From the NCBI RefSeq assembly GCF_028641065.1, contig NC_073409.1:12276001-12340000 (forward strand): a stretch of 64,000 bases of DNA. Reading direction: 5' to 3'. Within the stretch, counting starts at the first letter, position 1. Every line of letters starts with the position of its first letter. The position numbers were made by a program, and so were the translations under genes. The notes below the pieces were generated by a model that worked only from the letters and a program-made list of their open reading frames with translations, was not told where the DNA came from and did no database searches. Source of the DNA: Leucoraja erinacea (taxonomy: Eukaryota). Positions 12,011 through 23,688 of this stretch are shown here, in pieces.

Positions 12011-12407
12011 TTTATAATGGTGTCTTTGGAAACATATGTAATAGTACCACATTTCACCAAGTACATTGTCCAATTGTAGGTTAGTTTAAGATGGTTGTGA
12101 TTTCCATCTGGGATCGACTTTCAAAATTTGATTTTTATTGTATTCTCGCATAATGAAATCCTATAAAATGAACATTGATTTGTGGAAGCTTCGTCCTGGA
12201 ACCTCCTTTTCCTTTACTACAAATTGTTTGGCAATGTCTTGTTGATTTTTTAATATCCGTACATAATGTCTTCTGTAAGATTGTGTTGATCAGTTTCCAA
12301 GAGCAATGAGTTATTGTATTCTCACTTTCAAAACTAACCGCCATTTAAAAAAAAAAAAAGTTTCATCAGTTACAGTTTCTCTTTCCTTGTATCTGTGATT
12401 TATTTAG

Positions 12408-12479
12408 AATATCAAAATGGAACCTGGTGACCAGAGAAGTCCCGTTTATCAAATATATAAGGAACTAGAATTTCTCCTT
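12408..12479 (+). CDS. ZWILCH: ZWILCH exon 8 ([24 protein letters not shown])
   Basis: atttag| ... |gtaagt; 72 nt. Confidence 0.92.
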
Positions 12480-13309
12480 GTAAGTATTTCAAATAGCTAT
12501 TAGAATCATTTGTGCTCTTTAATGTTCTTGTGTGATTTTTAAGAGCAGATTTGAATTGTCATGTTCTAACAAATTGTAGCCTGAATACATTTCTTGTTCT
12601 TAACAAACGTTATCAAAATGGATGATGTGCTGCATTTAACAATGTTGTACACTCTCACTTTATGAAGCAACACCTGACTATCTTGCATATTGAGGAGATT
12701 CTCCAGAAGGGTTGAGTTCGAGAGTGTGTGGATTTCGGCACAAAATCGTCTATTTTTAAAGCTACAAAAATAATGAGTGATTTAAGCTATTCATTTGGTT
12801 GAACCAAAATTTGACTTTGCTATTTTTTTTAATGTTTTTGTGAACAAAAAAGTTAGAGCAAAGTTAATTGATGGTGTATGTTAATTATAAAATTGGCAAT
12901 TTTGCATTTGTTAAATTCATTATTTCCTACCTTATCAGAAATTTGTGGTTAGCTGTATCAATAGCCCTCTTACTATCAGTGGCAGCACAATTATATAATG
13001 TGGTTGGTGATGGCATGGTGCATGGAGGGATGGAGAGTGGTTGAATAAACTACACCTGTTTCCGCCCTTAGGCTGTACCTGAAAAACTATGTACCAGCAG
13101 CATAGTTCTAGGATGTCATAGAGTGATATGGTGTGGAAACAGGCCCTTCGGCCAAACATGTCCCAGCTATACTAGTTCCACCTGCCTGCTCTTCGTCCAT
13201 ATCCCTCCAAACCTGTCCTATCCATGTACCTGTCCAACTATTTCTTAAACGATGAGATAGTCCTAGCCTCAACTACCACCTCAGGCAGCTTGTTCCATTC
13301 ACCCACAAT

Positions 13310-14134
13310 AATTACCCGTGTGGAGCTGTGGTTTGTGGAGCTTCTTGTCGTGGGCGGCGCTAACTTTAATTTTGAGGAGTCCTGGGTTTGCCATTGTTGG
13401 AGCTCCGTCTAGCTTGGCCTGTGGACTTCGGGAGCTGCGGTCTCTGGTAGCCGCTGAGAGGGTTCTTCCGTTCCGACGTTGGAGTTCCATCACCCCGGCG
13501 AGAGGTAACCTGAACATCGGACCGCCTGTAGCGGCGACAGCGAAGAGTTCAAAGGCCCCGACCCCGGGTGAACAAAGAGGAAGATGACTGAACCTTATTG
13601 CCTTCCCCCACATTGGGAACGTTGATTCCGTTGTGTGGGTATGTTTATGTTAAAGGAGCTGTCCCACTTGGGCGACCTAAACTGTGAGGTTAGAAGAGTG
13701 TCTTCGACCTTCAAACTCGCAGCATGGTCGACACGTGGTCCTTGGAGGTCCTATGAGGTCGCTGGAACTCTCCTTCATGCTCGAATGAAGTACCCGAATG
13801 CTCGTGGCCTCAGCTAGGTCGTGGAAAATTTGGTTGACATGGGTCTTTTTAACTCGTAGTGCAGTGGAATGGGGTAGATATTTACTTACAGGCGGTCGGT
13901 CGATCCAGCTCGCGGTTTCAACGCGGACAGTCAATCCAACTTGAGGCTTTCCAGGAGAGTGCCCTCGAGCTTGAAGGTGGAAGACACTCTCCTGGTTTCG
14001 TGGATGAGGTCGCTCAAGTGGGACAGTCCCATAACTCTATCGTGTATTGTGTTATTTTTATTGTATGGCTGTATGGTATCTCAAATCTAGCTGTACCAAT
14101 TGGTGCATGTGACAATAAATGTAACTTGAACTTG
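13310..14134 (+). mobile_element. Unclassified non-autonomous retroposon with GC-rich body and LINE-like 3' tail (relatives at ~21560-21789 and ~51545-52150)
   Basis: Shared segment ..(G/T)CCTTCC..CA....GA.....TGTG..GGATGT.....TAAA..GT.TT..TGTATG.CTGTA, followed by a short-repeat tail. Confidence 0.6.
13654..14031. mobile_element. PIF/Harbinger-type MITE nested in a SINE-like repeat
   Basis: ~25-bp TIR (..CTGTCCCACTTGGGCGACCT / AGGTCGCTCAAGTGGGACAG..); 3-bp TAA TSD (13651-53 / 14032-34). Confidence 0.8.
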
Positions 14135-14156
14135 TTTCTCATGTGCTTTGTTACAG

Positions 14157-14250
14157 GTTTTAGCTGAAGGACTGAAAACAGGTGAAACTGGGTGGCCAGA
14201 GGTTCTGGAAGAAAAATCTGCAGTTGAAGTTGTGAAAGAATTAATCGAAG
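14157..14250 (+). CDS. ZWILCH: ZWILCH exon 9 (VLAEGLKTGETGWPEVLEEKSAVEVVKELIE)
   Basis: ttacag| ... G|gtacag; 94 nt. Confidence 0.92.
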
Positions 14251-14921
14251 GTACAGAGTTTTCATACTTGAGCAATATCTGCTTTAATTTGGTGAAATGA
14301 TATGAATGTATAATCGAATAGATCTTAACAGAAGTATTTATGTGATTAAGCCCATGGATCATTTGTCAATTTACTCCGCCACATAGTATTAATAATACTA
14401 ATAAAAACCTCTGATTATGTTTATTCTCTGTAGCTATAATATTAATTTAAAATACTCCAGTTGAGATATTTCTATATACCTAAAAGTCTTCGTCTAGTTT
14501 GTGCCCACGATGTGTCAATCTGGTTTTCCTAATCTACTTCCAAACGCTAGCCTTCCCATTTTCTCACGTCCTACTCACATTTTTCTCGTTGTGGAAATAA
14601 ACATCTTCCCGTCGCATTCCCACCTATATTTCCAAAGTTATTAATCCTTTAAATTTAAAAAACAGCCCCAAAAACTTACCCATTTCGGAAAAAATGCACT
14701 CGCAAGGCGGGACGGGACACTCCGGGAGGGAGGGGCATTCCAGCGCTCGTGGTAAACGAGGAGTGGCGGCGCCCGACTGCCGCCCAGTATCTGGTGGAGA
14801 GGGTGGTACAGCGGGCCAAGCCCGGGGACTGGGCCTGGGTTGGAGCCGAGCCTGGTGCTGGAGCTGGCGCGCTCAAGGGACCAATTTAGGTTACTCACCT
14901 GTGGGAATTTAAGGATTTTAT

Positions 14922-15400
14922 AACCATATAACAACCTATAACAATTACAGCACGGAAACAGGCCATCTCGGCCCTACAAGTCCATGCCGAACAAATTTTT
15001 TTCCCCTTAGTCCCACCTGCCTGCACTCGTACCATAACCCTCCATTCCCTTCTCATCCATATGCCTATCCAATTTATTTTTAAATGATACCAATGAACCT
15101 GCCTCCACCACTTCCACTGGGAGCTCATTCCACACCGCCACCACTCTCTGCGTAAAGAAGTTCCCCCTCATATTACCCCTAAACTTCTGTCCCTTAATTC
15201 TGAAGTCATGTCCTCTTGTTTGAATCTTCCCTATTCTCAAAGGGAAAAGCTTGTCCACATCAACTCTGTCTATCCCTCTCATCATTTTAAAGACCTCTAT
15301 CAGGTCCCCCCTTAACCTTCTGCGCTCCAGAGAATAAAGACCTAACTTATTCAACCTATCTCTGTAACTTAGTTGTTGAAACCCAGGCAACATTCTAGTA
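14922..15400 (-). mobile_element. CR1 LINE 3' fragment, second (young) family
   Basis: Open ORF2 C-terminus (LYSLERRRLRGDLIEVFK...); near-identical to 63443-63706. Confidence 0.9.
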
Positions 15401-16400
15401 ATAATTTTCTGGGAAGCGGCTGACATGAGCGAAGCCAGCAAGCCGCAGGTGAGGGATGTTCAGTCGGGGAGCACTGCCAGAGGTGAGCGGGCCGGCAGAG
15501 GCGCTGAAGTGACAGCCGCTTCTACTGTCGGATCCCGGCGGCTGCTCTCAGCCACCCGAGCTGCTTCCTTCCCCGGAAGTGGCGGCCAGTTCTGCTCAAA
15601 GATGCTATAGGATCTTTGGTTCTGCTGTCCGTGCCCGTAGCGCTGCGGCAGCGATGAGTGAGTCTGACATGCTCTCCGACCCCCTCCTTCTCGACACTCC
15701 TGCCCTCCCCGCATCTTTAACCCCAGGCACAGACTTTCCCCATGCTGTGAAAGGAACACTCCCTCCAATTGGTCCCTTGAATTAGTGTTGTCATTCAATA
15801 ATATGACAACTGATTCAACGTCCCGGTGTGCTCCCGTTTTTCCAACCATCTCCCCACCTGCCTTCATGCTCCATCCCCGACCCATTCAGTAATTAAAAAA
15901 TGAAGGAGATTTAAAAACCTTGGGAAAATTGAATTGTTACTTATTTTTATTTTTTATGGAGAGAACAATCTGTGCATGCACGGTTTAAGGTTTTTTTTAA
16001 AAGCCGACTTACTGCCTACCTTGAGTAATTACTCACGCACGTGCCTGATATATATATATCTCAACAATGTGGTATTGATGATGAGGAAGGAAGCACTCTT
16101 CCATAGTTTTTTAAATGGTACAGTATGCTGAAGTTTCATTCCTCCAGCAAGGGCTTGAGTTTGGAAGTTGAGAATGAAAGTAGAGCTGTCCCCTTTGTAA
16201 AATGGCTTAGAAAGCTCCAAAATTATGTGCCATTTCTCCTTTTCAATAAGTACTTGAATAATTGTCAAAATCTTTCTGAAACTTTCAGCATGCCAGTGGT
16301 GTAACATGGAAACACTGCCTTCCTCCATGAATAGACATTTGTGTTGGCTTGTTTATCTTAGCATGGTATCATTCTTTTTTACATTTCATGTCTGACGCAG

Positions 16401-16456
16401 ACCTGAAGAACCAAATCACTGCTTCTCAACATCAGCCAAAGAGAATTGACACAGAG
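16401..16456 (+). CDS. ZWILCH: ZWILCH exon 10 (DLKNQITASQHQPKRIDTE)
   Basis: ctgacgcag| ... |gtatga; 56 nt; phases fit both neighbours. Confidence 0.85.
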
Positions 16457-17199
16457 GTATGATATTTGGATAAATGAAATATTTTACTGGGATTAGGCAT
16501 TGTAAATGTAACTTTGAATTTTATATTAAAAGTGCTCCGTGGAAAAGCAAAACTGATTGTGTTGTTATAGAGCAAAGTATCACTTACAGAATATCAGCTC
16601 TTAGATCAAGCAGAAGCATATTTATTTCAATCAACCTTGTAACTCAGCAGGAGTCGTCCACACACTCTCCCCAATTAATCAATGCATAACATTAATATGC
16701 ACATTTGGAGATCAGTTGCAGCATCTTTATTTATTGCACAGACATCCAGTTATTGCCAATGTGACACTCAAAAACAGATAAGTACGTGATCAGTTGCTGC
16801 TAACATAATTAATCCTACTTAATCTGCTCATCAAGAAGACCCACTTTTCTGATGGTCACTTGAACTGGCCTAGTCGTCGTTCTAATCATTCACTTGATTA
16901 CCATGGGAACATCCTTGGGGAGTTTTCTGGCAATATCTCTGTTGCTAAGGAATACACTCCAGAGCTAGCTTTAAATAAAATAACACAGACGCTGCACAGA
17001 CTCGTACCATCATTTAATGATGAAGATAGCTCTAGTAATAATAATTTGTTTTTATTTCCTTATCTGCACAGTTGCAGTTACTGTAGTGAGATAAAAATGG
17101 ACCTTCATAAGTCTTTTATGTTTTGTATAGAATATCATCCTTGAGTGACCTAGTGCTAGGTAAAACTTTATGCCTTATTGGCCATTTTGGTGGTCTCAT

Positions 17200-17830
17200 A
17201 ATTTGTGTATTCCTCTGCTGCAGACGAGGCCTCTGGATCATCATGGAAATACCTCTGCTACTGCCTCCGTATGTTTGACCACATTCCCCATGTAGCACAA
17301 TAATATCAGGCATCAAGATGCAATCATTCCAGTCATTGGAGTTATATCGTCCACAACAAAATATCATTCTGGTAGTTGGAAATCGATCATAAGACATAAT
17401 TGCAGGAGTTTCCAAGGATAATCTTCCCAAGCACAATCGTTTTCAGTTGCTTCATCAATGGCCTTCCACCATACGTTCAGAAGTGGATATGTTCACTGAC
17501 TACACAATGTTCAATTCCATTTATATCTCCTCGGTAAATAAATCGGTCCATGCCTGCATGCAACAAGACCTAGACAATATTCAGCCATGGGCTGAAAAGC
17601 AGCATTGAATAAGAGAGTCTAACCACTTCCCCATGATATCCAATGGTATTATCTTTCTTGTGTGCTTTATCAACATTTTTGATGGTCACAATGGCCTGAT
17701 ACTCAACTGGACCAGAATAGGTCCAGTTGAGAATCCTTAAGAATAGGTGAAAGGCCTTGTGGTATCATGTGGCAAATGCCTCATCTTTTGACATTCCTTA
17801 GCACTTCCCCTAACTCAAGGCACAATTCAG
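17200..17830 (+). mobile_element. Old non-LTR RT fragment (CR1/L2 group)
   Basis: Degenerate AGVSKD/FSCFINGLP/MFTD motifs at the PQG and FADD positions. Confidence 0.5.
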
Positions 17831-18528
17831 GAATGACGACCGAGCATATTTTAATATGTTAATATTAAAATCTCATCGCCTGTTAATCTCATCACCCCTA
17901 GCACCAAAAAAGACGACAATTGATTGATTGATTGATTGAGTGCGTTAATTTATTTTTGTCAATGGATATTATTTTACAATTAACATGCCTGAAGTAGCAT
18001 GCTTATGCCTTCTAAATATTTTGGTTATAAATAGCAGCAGAGTTTGCTTTTCTTTGTCTTCTGCAAAGTGAGGGGTGTTCACGCTGGGGGATATTCATAG
18101 ATGTTTTGTCATTTAAAAATAGGTGGAGATAGAATGTTAAATCTATGTTGTGTTTCTATTGTACTTGGGTTTAAAGGTGTTCATTATAAATGGGTTACAA
18201 AAGACTATTTAATTCAGTATCTAAACTTCATCCAATTCATAGATTTAAAAAAGTTTAATAGAATCATTTAAAATAAGTTTAGAAAAAAATGAGTGTAAGT
18301 CATGTAAAGTGTAAGACATTTCAACATGTTTCTGTGTACTGTAAATACTCTGGATACTTGTCAATTTGCAAATTATTTTCATATGTGTTTGGAATTTCCG
18401 TTTTGAGCTGGCAGGATTTTGTGGTAAATCTCTTGAATAACTGTTTGTAACATTTAGTATCCTAATAAGATAGCAGCACCATGGTTAGACTGGAATACAA
18501 TATACTATCATTCAAAAAATCTAAGATA

Positions 18529-18973
18529 CAGGTCCGCCACCGATTTTCCTGCCACTGGTGGTTTGACACCTTCTTAATCCGGACAAAATTGCGAGAGGGC
18601 ACTTGAAATCCCTCTGAAAATGTAGTGCTTAGGCCGGGTGAGGCAGCCAATCTCAACGTCATCGGGACTTGATCGGCAGGTCAAATTTGCCCCGTGCGAC
18701 TGGGGCTCTGGAACCGGCGCAGCTGGAGTTGGGAGATCCGTTCCCATATCCACGGCTAGTTGGCAGATCTGATTTGCCCCCTGCGACCGGGGCTATGGAA
18801 CTCCAGCCGAGGCCGACTCTGTGGGCCCGTATCTCGGCCCCTTGGCGGCCTGAATGGACTTTTCTGGTACCGTTGGACTCCTTTCAGAGGCCGTGATGTC
18901 TGTCGATCTGGCAATACGGATAATCCAGAAAAGGTCTAGAACCAAAGGTGCTGGAAAATCGGTAGTGGACATG
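18529..18973. mobile_element. Tc1/mariner (Tigger/pogo-type) MITE
   Basis: TIR CAGGTCCGCCACCGATTTTCC / GGAAAATCGGTAGTGGACATG; TA TSD; internal ~40-bp direct repeat. Confidence 0.85.
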
Positions 18974-19035
18974 TACTAGCAGTAGATTTTTGACCAGGAT
19001 TTTGTTTTAATTTATTTCTTATTGTTTTGCATCAG

Positions 19036-19144
19036 AAATTGAGAAGTGATGCAGCTGCTGTTGAATCAACCATCCATTCGTCATTTACTCCTGAACGTGG
19101 TGATCTTGATTTTGCGGAGCAGCTTTGGACTAGAATGAGGGAAA
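19036..19144 (+). CDS. ZWILCH: ZWILCH exon 11 (KLRSDAAAVES...RGDLDFAEQLWTRMRE)
   Basis: catcag| ... A|gtatgt; 109 nt. Confidence 0.92.
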
Positions 19145-19229
19145 GTATGTATTCCTGTGGGACAGATGCTTCCTGTGGATTAGATTTTCCCATTAAGAGA
19201 GCATAGTGATACAGAGATTCCACTTACTA

Positions 19230-19990
19230 ATGTTGGATAGAGTCAAGAGTATTTAATTGTCATATGCACTGGGAACGCGGAACAATGTAATTCTTACTTG
19301 CTGCAGCTTTACAGGCACATTAACATACTAACATAACAAATAAATATAAAATAATAAATAATAGAATAAATAATCAGTAATACTATGTAACCAGACCATA
19401 ATAGCGCAAACTAAAGTACATGGCGCAACCCAAACAAAATCCATAATAGTTGTTGCTGACGTACAGTGTGCAGAGCTAGATGGTTGCTGGGAAGAAGCTG
19501 TTCTTGTACTTAGAGTTAACAGTTCTCAGGCTCCTGTACCACATTTCCCAAGTTGGCAGCGAGCCTGGCCAGAATGGTTTGATGACATTTGCAGCTGCCT
19601 TGAGGAAGTGCATCCAGAGCATCATGTTTATATGTTCTAGGAGCAGAAATAGGCCATTTGGACCATCGTCTACTCCAACATCCAATCATGGCTGATTTAT
19701 CTTTCCCTCTCAACCACATTCTCCTGCCCCCTCCCCCACCCTCCCCATAACCCCTGACACCCTTATTAATCAATCTACTGACTTGCACTCCACAGCCGTC
19801 AGTGGCATCCTTTTGATGGTAGCGAGGTCAATACCTGTGATGAACATAGAAAAGTACAACAGTGTTCACCACTTTCTGCAGCCTCCTTCATTCTTGGATG
19901 TTTGACTAAACTTGCCCTGATGCAACCAATTAGTGTACTTTCCACCATACACCTACAGAAGTTTGATAGAGTATTGAAATCTATGCTCCT
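19230..19990 (-). mobile_element. Rex1-type LINE remnant interrupted by a CR1 3' end (~19630-19800)
   Basis: KNSFFPATI and NFCRCMVESTLIGCI peptides; CR1 tail aggccatttggaccatc lies between them. Confidence 0.6.
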
Positions 19991-20381
19991 AATAGATTCA
20001 CTCTCTGCTGATGTCTTGCCAAGAAAGATACATGATGAATACATGTGGTCGCCCTCAGAAGATTTGCCTACTTGGGGGCAGTATTCATGCAATAATTAGA
20101 ATCTGGTTCAATAATAGAACTGTAAACATTTTGCGAAAAGTAGAAAGTATTGAAATATATTGCAATTAATGTAGATTTAAGTGAAAAACAGAGCAGGTGA
20201 TCTTAGCTTTCTCTTGTCCTGAAACCAGAGTGTTGAATATTATACACGTCAGACAGCATCTGTGGCGAGCAAAGAGGAGGTTCCAAGGACTATGCCGTTG
20301 GAACTGCTGTGCTTTCTACTCCTCTTGTTAGCCTGGTGTTCCTTTCTTTGCGTTTTACTCTTTTTTTCTTTATTTTTTTAG

Positions 20382-20461
20382 CTGTTTCTTCATATCGAGA
20401 TGTGGTAGATTGCTTAATGCTAGTCATCCAACACTTAAAATGCAAGGATATTCAACCATGG
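20382..20461 (+). CDS. ZWILCH: ZWILCH exon 12 (VSSYRDVVDCLMLVIQHLKCKDIQPW)
   Basis: ttttttag| ... |gtatgg; 80 nt. Confidence 0.92.
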
Positions 20462-20946
20462 GTATGGAGATAACTCATATTTTAATGTTTGTTAAAATGT
20501 TAACTGAAATATATATTTTAAAAATATATTGATTTTAAGATTTGGAAGTTTTGGAAGATACTCTAATATAGGATCAGTTAAAATTTGTTTTATATTTTTA
20601 TTTCATTGTTTGGTGATTAATGCTAGGGCATGAGACTGTCTGTTTTGGTGTGACAGAGCAATTGGGTATTTGGAGGTAGTGGAGGTAGCATCTGACAGTA
20701 CTTGAAGCTAAGCGTAGAGGCCACAATACTTCCATTGGTGCCTTCTGACTGATTTCTGTACTGCGTCATTTATAATTCCTCAGAGCCAAACCATCCAAAT
20801 TGTTGTAGTTATACAGATATTCCAGAAGTACACCTGTTAAGAGAGAATCATTTCTTAAATTGTTTTAACAAATTTCGTAGCTAGGTGTAATTCTTACAAT
20901 ATGCCTACTGTTATTGAGCACTGAACAATTTCTGATCAATTTTCAG

Positions 20947-21103
20947 ATTCACCGAGGGAGCAACAGTTCTCTCAGCAAATTAATCCAACAGTCCTATCAA
21001 TCCGTCATGCCTGCTGTCCATATTAATGGACTAACTGCTATACGAATGCTTTTGGAGATAGGTCTGGATAAATTGCGGAGGGATTACATAAATTATTTTA
21101 TCG
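20947..21103 (+). CDS. ZWILCH: ZWILCH exon 13 ([17 protein letters not shown]...[19 protein letters not shown])
   Basis: tttcag| ... G|gtaggt; 157 nt. Confidence 0.95.
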
Positions 21104-21819
21104 GTAGGTGTTCCAGAGTATTTATTGATTTGTAACGAAAATATTAACAACACATTATATTTGAAACTGTCTATACACTTCTTCCATATACAAAAACATA
21201 GAAAATAGGTGCAGGAGGAGGTTGAGGTAGTGTGATGACATGAAGTGTTTGTGTAACATGGCACTGTTTAATTGTGATAGGATATATTCTCATCCTCTGT
21301 TGCTGCTGAATCAATTGAGGACAAGTAGAGTTCCAGCAAACCTTTAAAGAGTGGAGAGGAGTAAGAGTGATAAGGAAAGGTAATCTGGAAAGTCTGGTCA
21401 ATGACATGAGCATTCTTCCCCCAAGGATTTCGAACCGATTTAATATTGCATATAATGTGATGTTGGGCGGGGGGAGGGGGGGGGGGGGGATAGTAACTGC
21501 AAGCCCTGCATGTCTCATGCACACTGCAAAAATATGAATGTAATTTTTTGTTCAATGTTCAATTTGACTCTGACATCGGGAGGGGAATGGGGAGTGCAGG
21601 GGAGAGATACGTTTTTTTTTTTTTTTGCCTTCCATCACAGCGAGGAGGAGATGCGCTGTGATGGATGTCTATGTAAATTGTGTTGTGTCTTGGGTCTTTT
21701 TTTCTTGTGTGTATGACTGTAGAAACAACATTTCATTTGAGCCTCTATGAGGTTCAAGTGACAAATAAATTGTATTGTATTGTATTGTAATTAGTTATTG
21801 ACAAATTATTTTCTTCTAG

Positions 21820-21848
21820 GTCAAGAACTCACTACTTTGAATTACTTG
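21820..21848 (+). CDS. ZWILCH: ZWILCH exon 14, 29-nt micro-exon (GQELTTLNYL)
   Basis: cttctag| ... |gtaagg; needed to keep the frame between exons 13 and 15. Confidence 0.88.
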
Positions 21849-21945
21849 GTAAGGACAATGAATAATGTTTATAAATTGTGACTCGACTAAATGTTATTTG
21901 CTGCCTAATAATTATGCTTTATTGACACTTGATGCTATTCTGCAG

Positions 21946-22082
21946 GACTACTTTGTGAATTCTACTGTAAATTTAGAAGAGCAGGTGCTCCGTCTCCATA
22001 AGCTCCATCACATGCTTGAGCTGGTAGTGAGTTGCAGTGCTTTTCTCACTTTGAAACACGGAAAGCTCTTTGCGTTGACACA
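21946..22082 (+). CDS. ZWILCH: ZWILCH exon 15 ([25 protein letters not shown]...LFALTQ)
   Basis: ctgcag| ... CA|gtgagt; 137 nt. Confidence 0.93.
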
Positions 22083-22199
22083 GTGAGTATTTTGAAAAGC
22101 ACCCTTTTTAATTAAAATTTCTACGTAAATAATGGTCTTGTTACAACAAAGATTGCAGATTTGCAAAAAAACACATCTTTTGCTTGTAAAGATCTAGTC

Positions 22200-23688
22200 C
22201 TTTAGATTGGACAGTTCCTGAAGATTGGCGGGTAGCAAACGTAACCCCACTTTTTAAGAAGGGAGGGAGAGAGAAAATGGGGAATTACAGACCAGTTAGT
22301 CTAACATCGGTAGTGGGGAAACTGCTAGAGTCAGTTATTAAAGATGGGATAGCAGCACATTTGGAAAGTGGTGAAATCATTGGACAAAGTCAGCATGGAT
22401 TTACGAAAGGTAAATCATGTCTGACGAATCTTATAGAATTTTTCGAGGATGTAACTAGTAGCGTGGATAGGGGAGAACCAGTGGATGTGGTGTATCTGGA
22501 CTTCCAGAAGGCTTTCGACAAGGTCCCACATAAGTGATTAGTATACAAACTTAAAGCACAAGGCATTGGGGGTTCAGTATTGATGTGGATAGAGAACTGG
22601 CTGGCAAACAGGAAGCAAAGAGTAGGAGTAAACGGGTCCTTTTCACAATGGCAGGCAGTGACTAGTGGGGTACCCCAAGGCTCAGTACTGGGACCCCAGC
22701 TATTTACAATATATATTAATGATCTGGATGAGGGAATTGAAGGCAATATCTCCAAGTTTGCAGATGACACTAAGCTGGGGGGCAGTGTTAGCTGTGAGGA
22801 GGATGCTAGGAGACTGCAGGGTGACTTGGATAGGCTGGGTGAGTGGGCAAATGTTTGGCAGATGCAGTATAATGTGGATAAATGTGAGGTTATCCATTTT
22901 GGTGGCAAAAACAGGAAAGCAGACTATTATCTAAATGGTGGCCGATTGGGAAAGGGGGAGATGCAGCGAGACCTGGGTGTCATGGTACACCAGTCATTGA
23001 AGGTAGGCATGCAGGTGCAGCAGGCAGTAAAGAAAGCGAATGGTATGTTAGCTTTCATTGCAAAAGGATTTGAGTATAGGAGCAGAGAGGTTCTACTGCA
23101 GTTGTACAGGGTCTTGGTGAGACCACAGCTGGGAGTATTGCGTACAGTTTTGGTCTCCAAATCTGAGGAAGGACATTATTGCCATAGAGGGAGTGCAGAG
23201 ACGGTTCACCAGACTGATTCCTGGGATGTCAGGACTGTCTTATGAAGAAAGACTGGATAGACTTGGTTTATACTCTCTAGAATTTAGAAGATTGAGAGGG
23301 GATCTTATAGAAACTTACAAAATTCTTAAGGGGTTGGACAGGCTAGATGCAGGAAGATTGTTCCCGATGTTAGGGAAGTCCAGGACAAGGGGTCACAGCT
23401 TAAGGATAAAGGGGAAATCCTTAAAACCGAGATGAGAAGAACTTTTTTCACACAGAGAGTGGTGAATCTCTGGAACTCTCTGCCACAGAGGGTAGTTGAG
23501 GCCAGTTCATTGGCTATATTTAAGAGTGAGTTAGATGTGGCCCTTGTGGCTAAGGGGATCAGGGGTATGGAGAGAAGGCAGGTACGGGACACTGAGTTGG
23601 ATGATCAGCCATGATCATATTGAATGGCGGTGCAGGCTCGAAGGGCCGAATGGCCTACTCTTGCACCTAATTTCTATGTTTCTATGTT
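22200..23688 (+). mobile_element. CR1-clade LINE (HER1-like), 5'-truncated, RT domain nearly intact
   Basis: NYRPVSLTS, YLDFQKAFDKVPH, GVPQGSVLGP, SKFADDTKL; one stop at 22535-22537 and a few frameshifts; (TTTCTATG)n tail. Confidence 0.95.

Noticed and set aside
22390-22908. 172-aa minus-strand ORF
   Set aside because: Antisense shadow of the CR1 reverse transcriptase.
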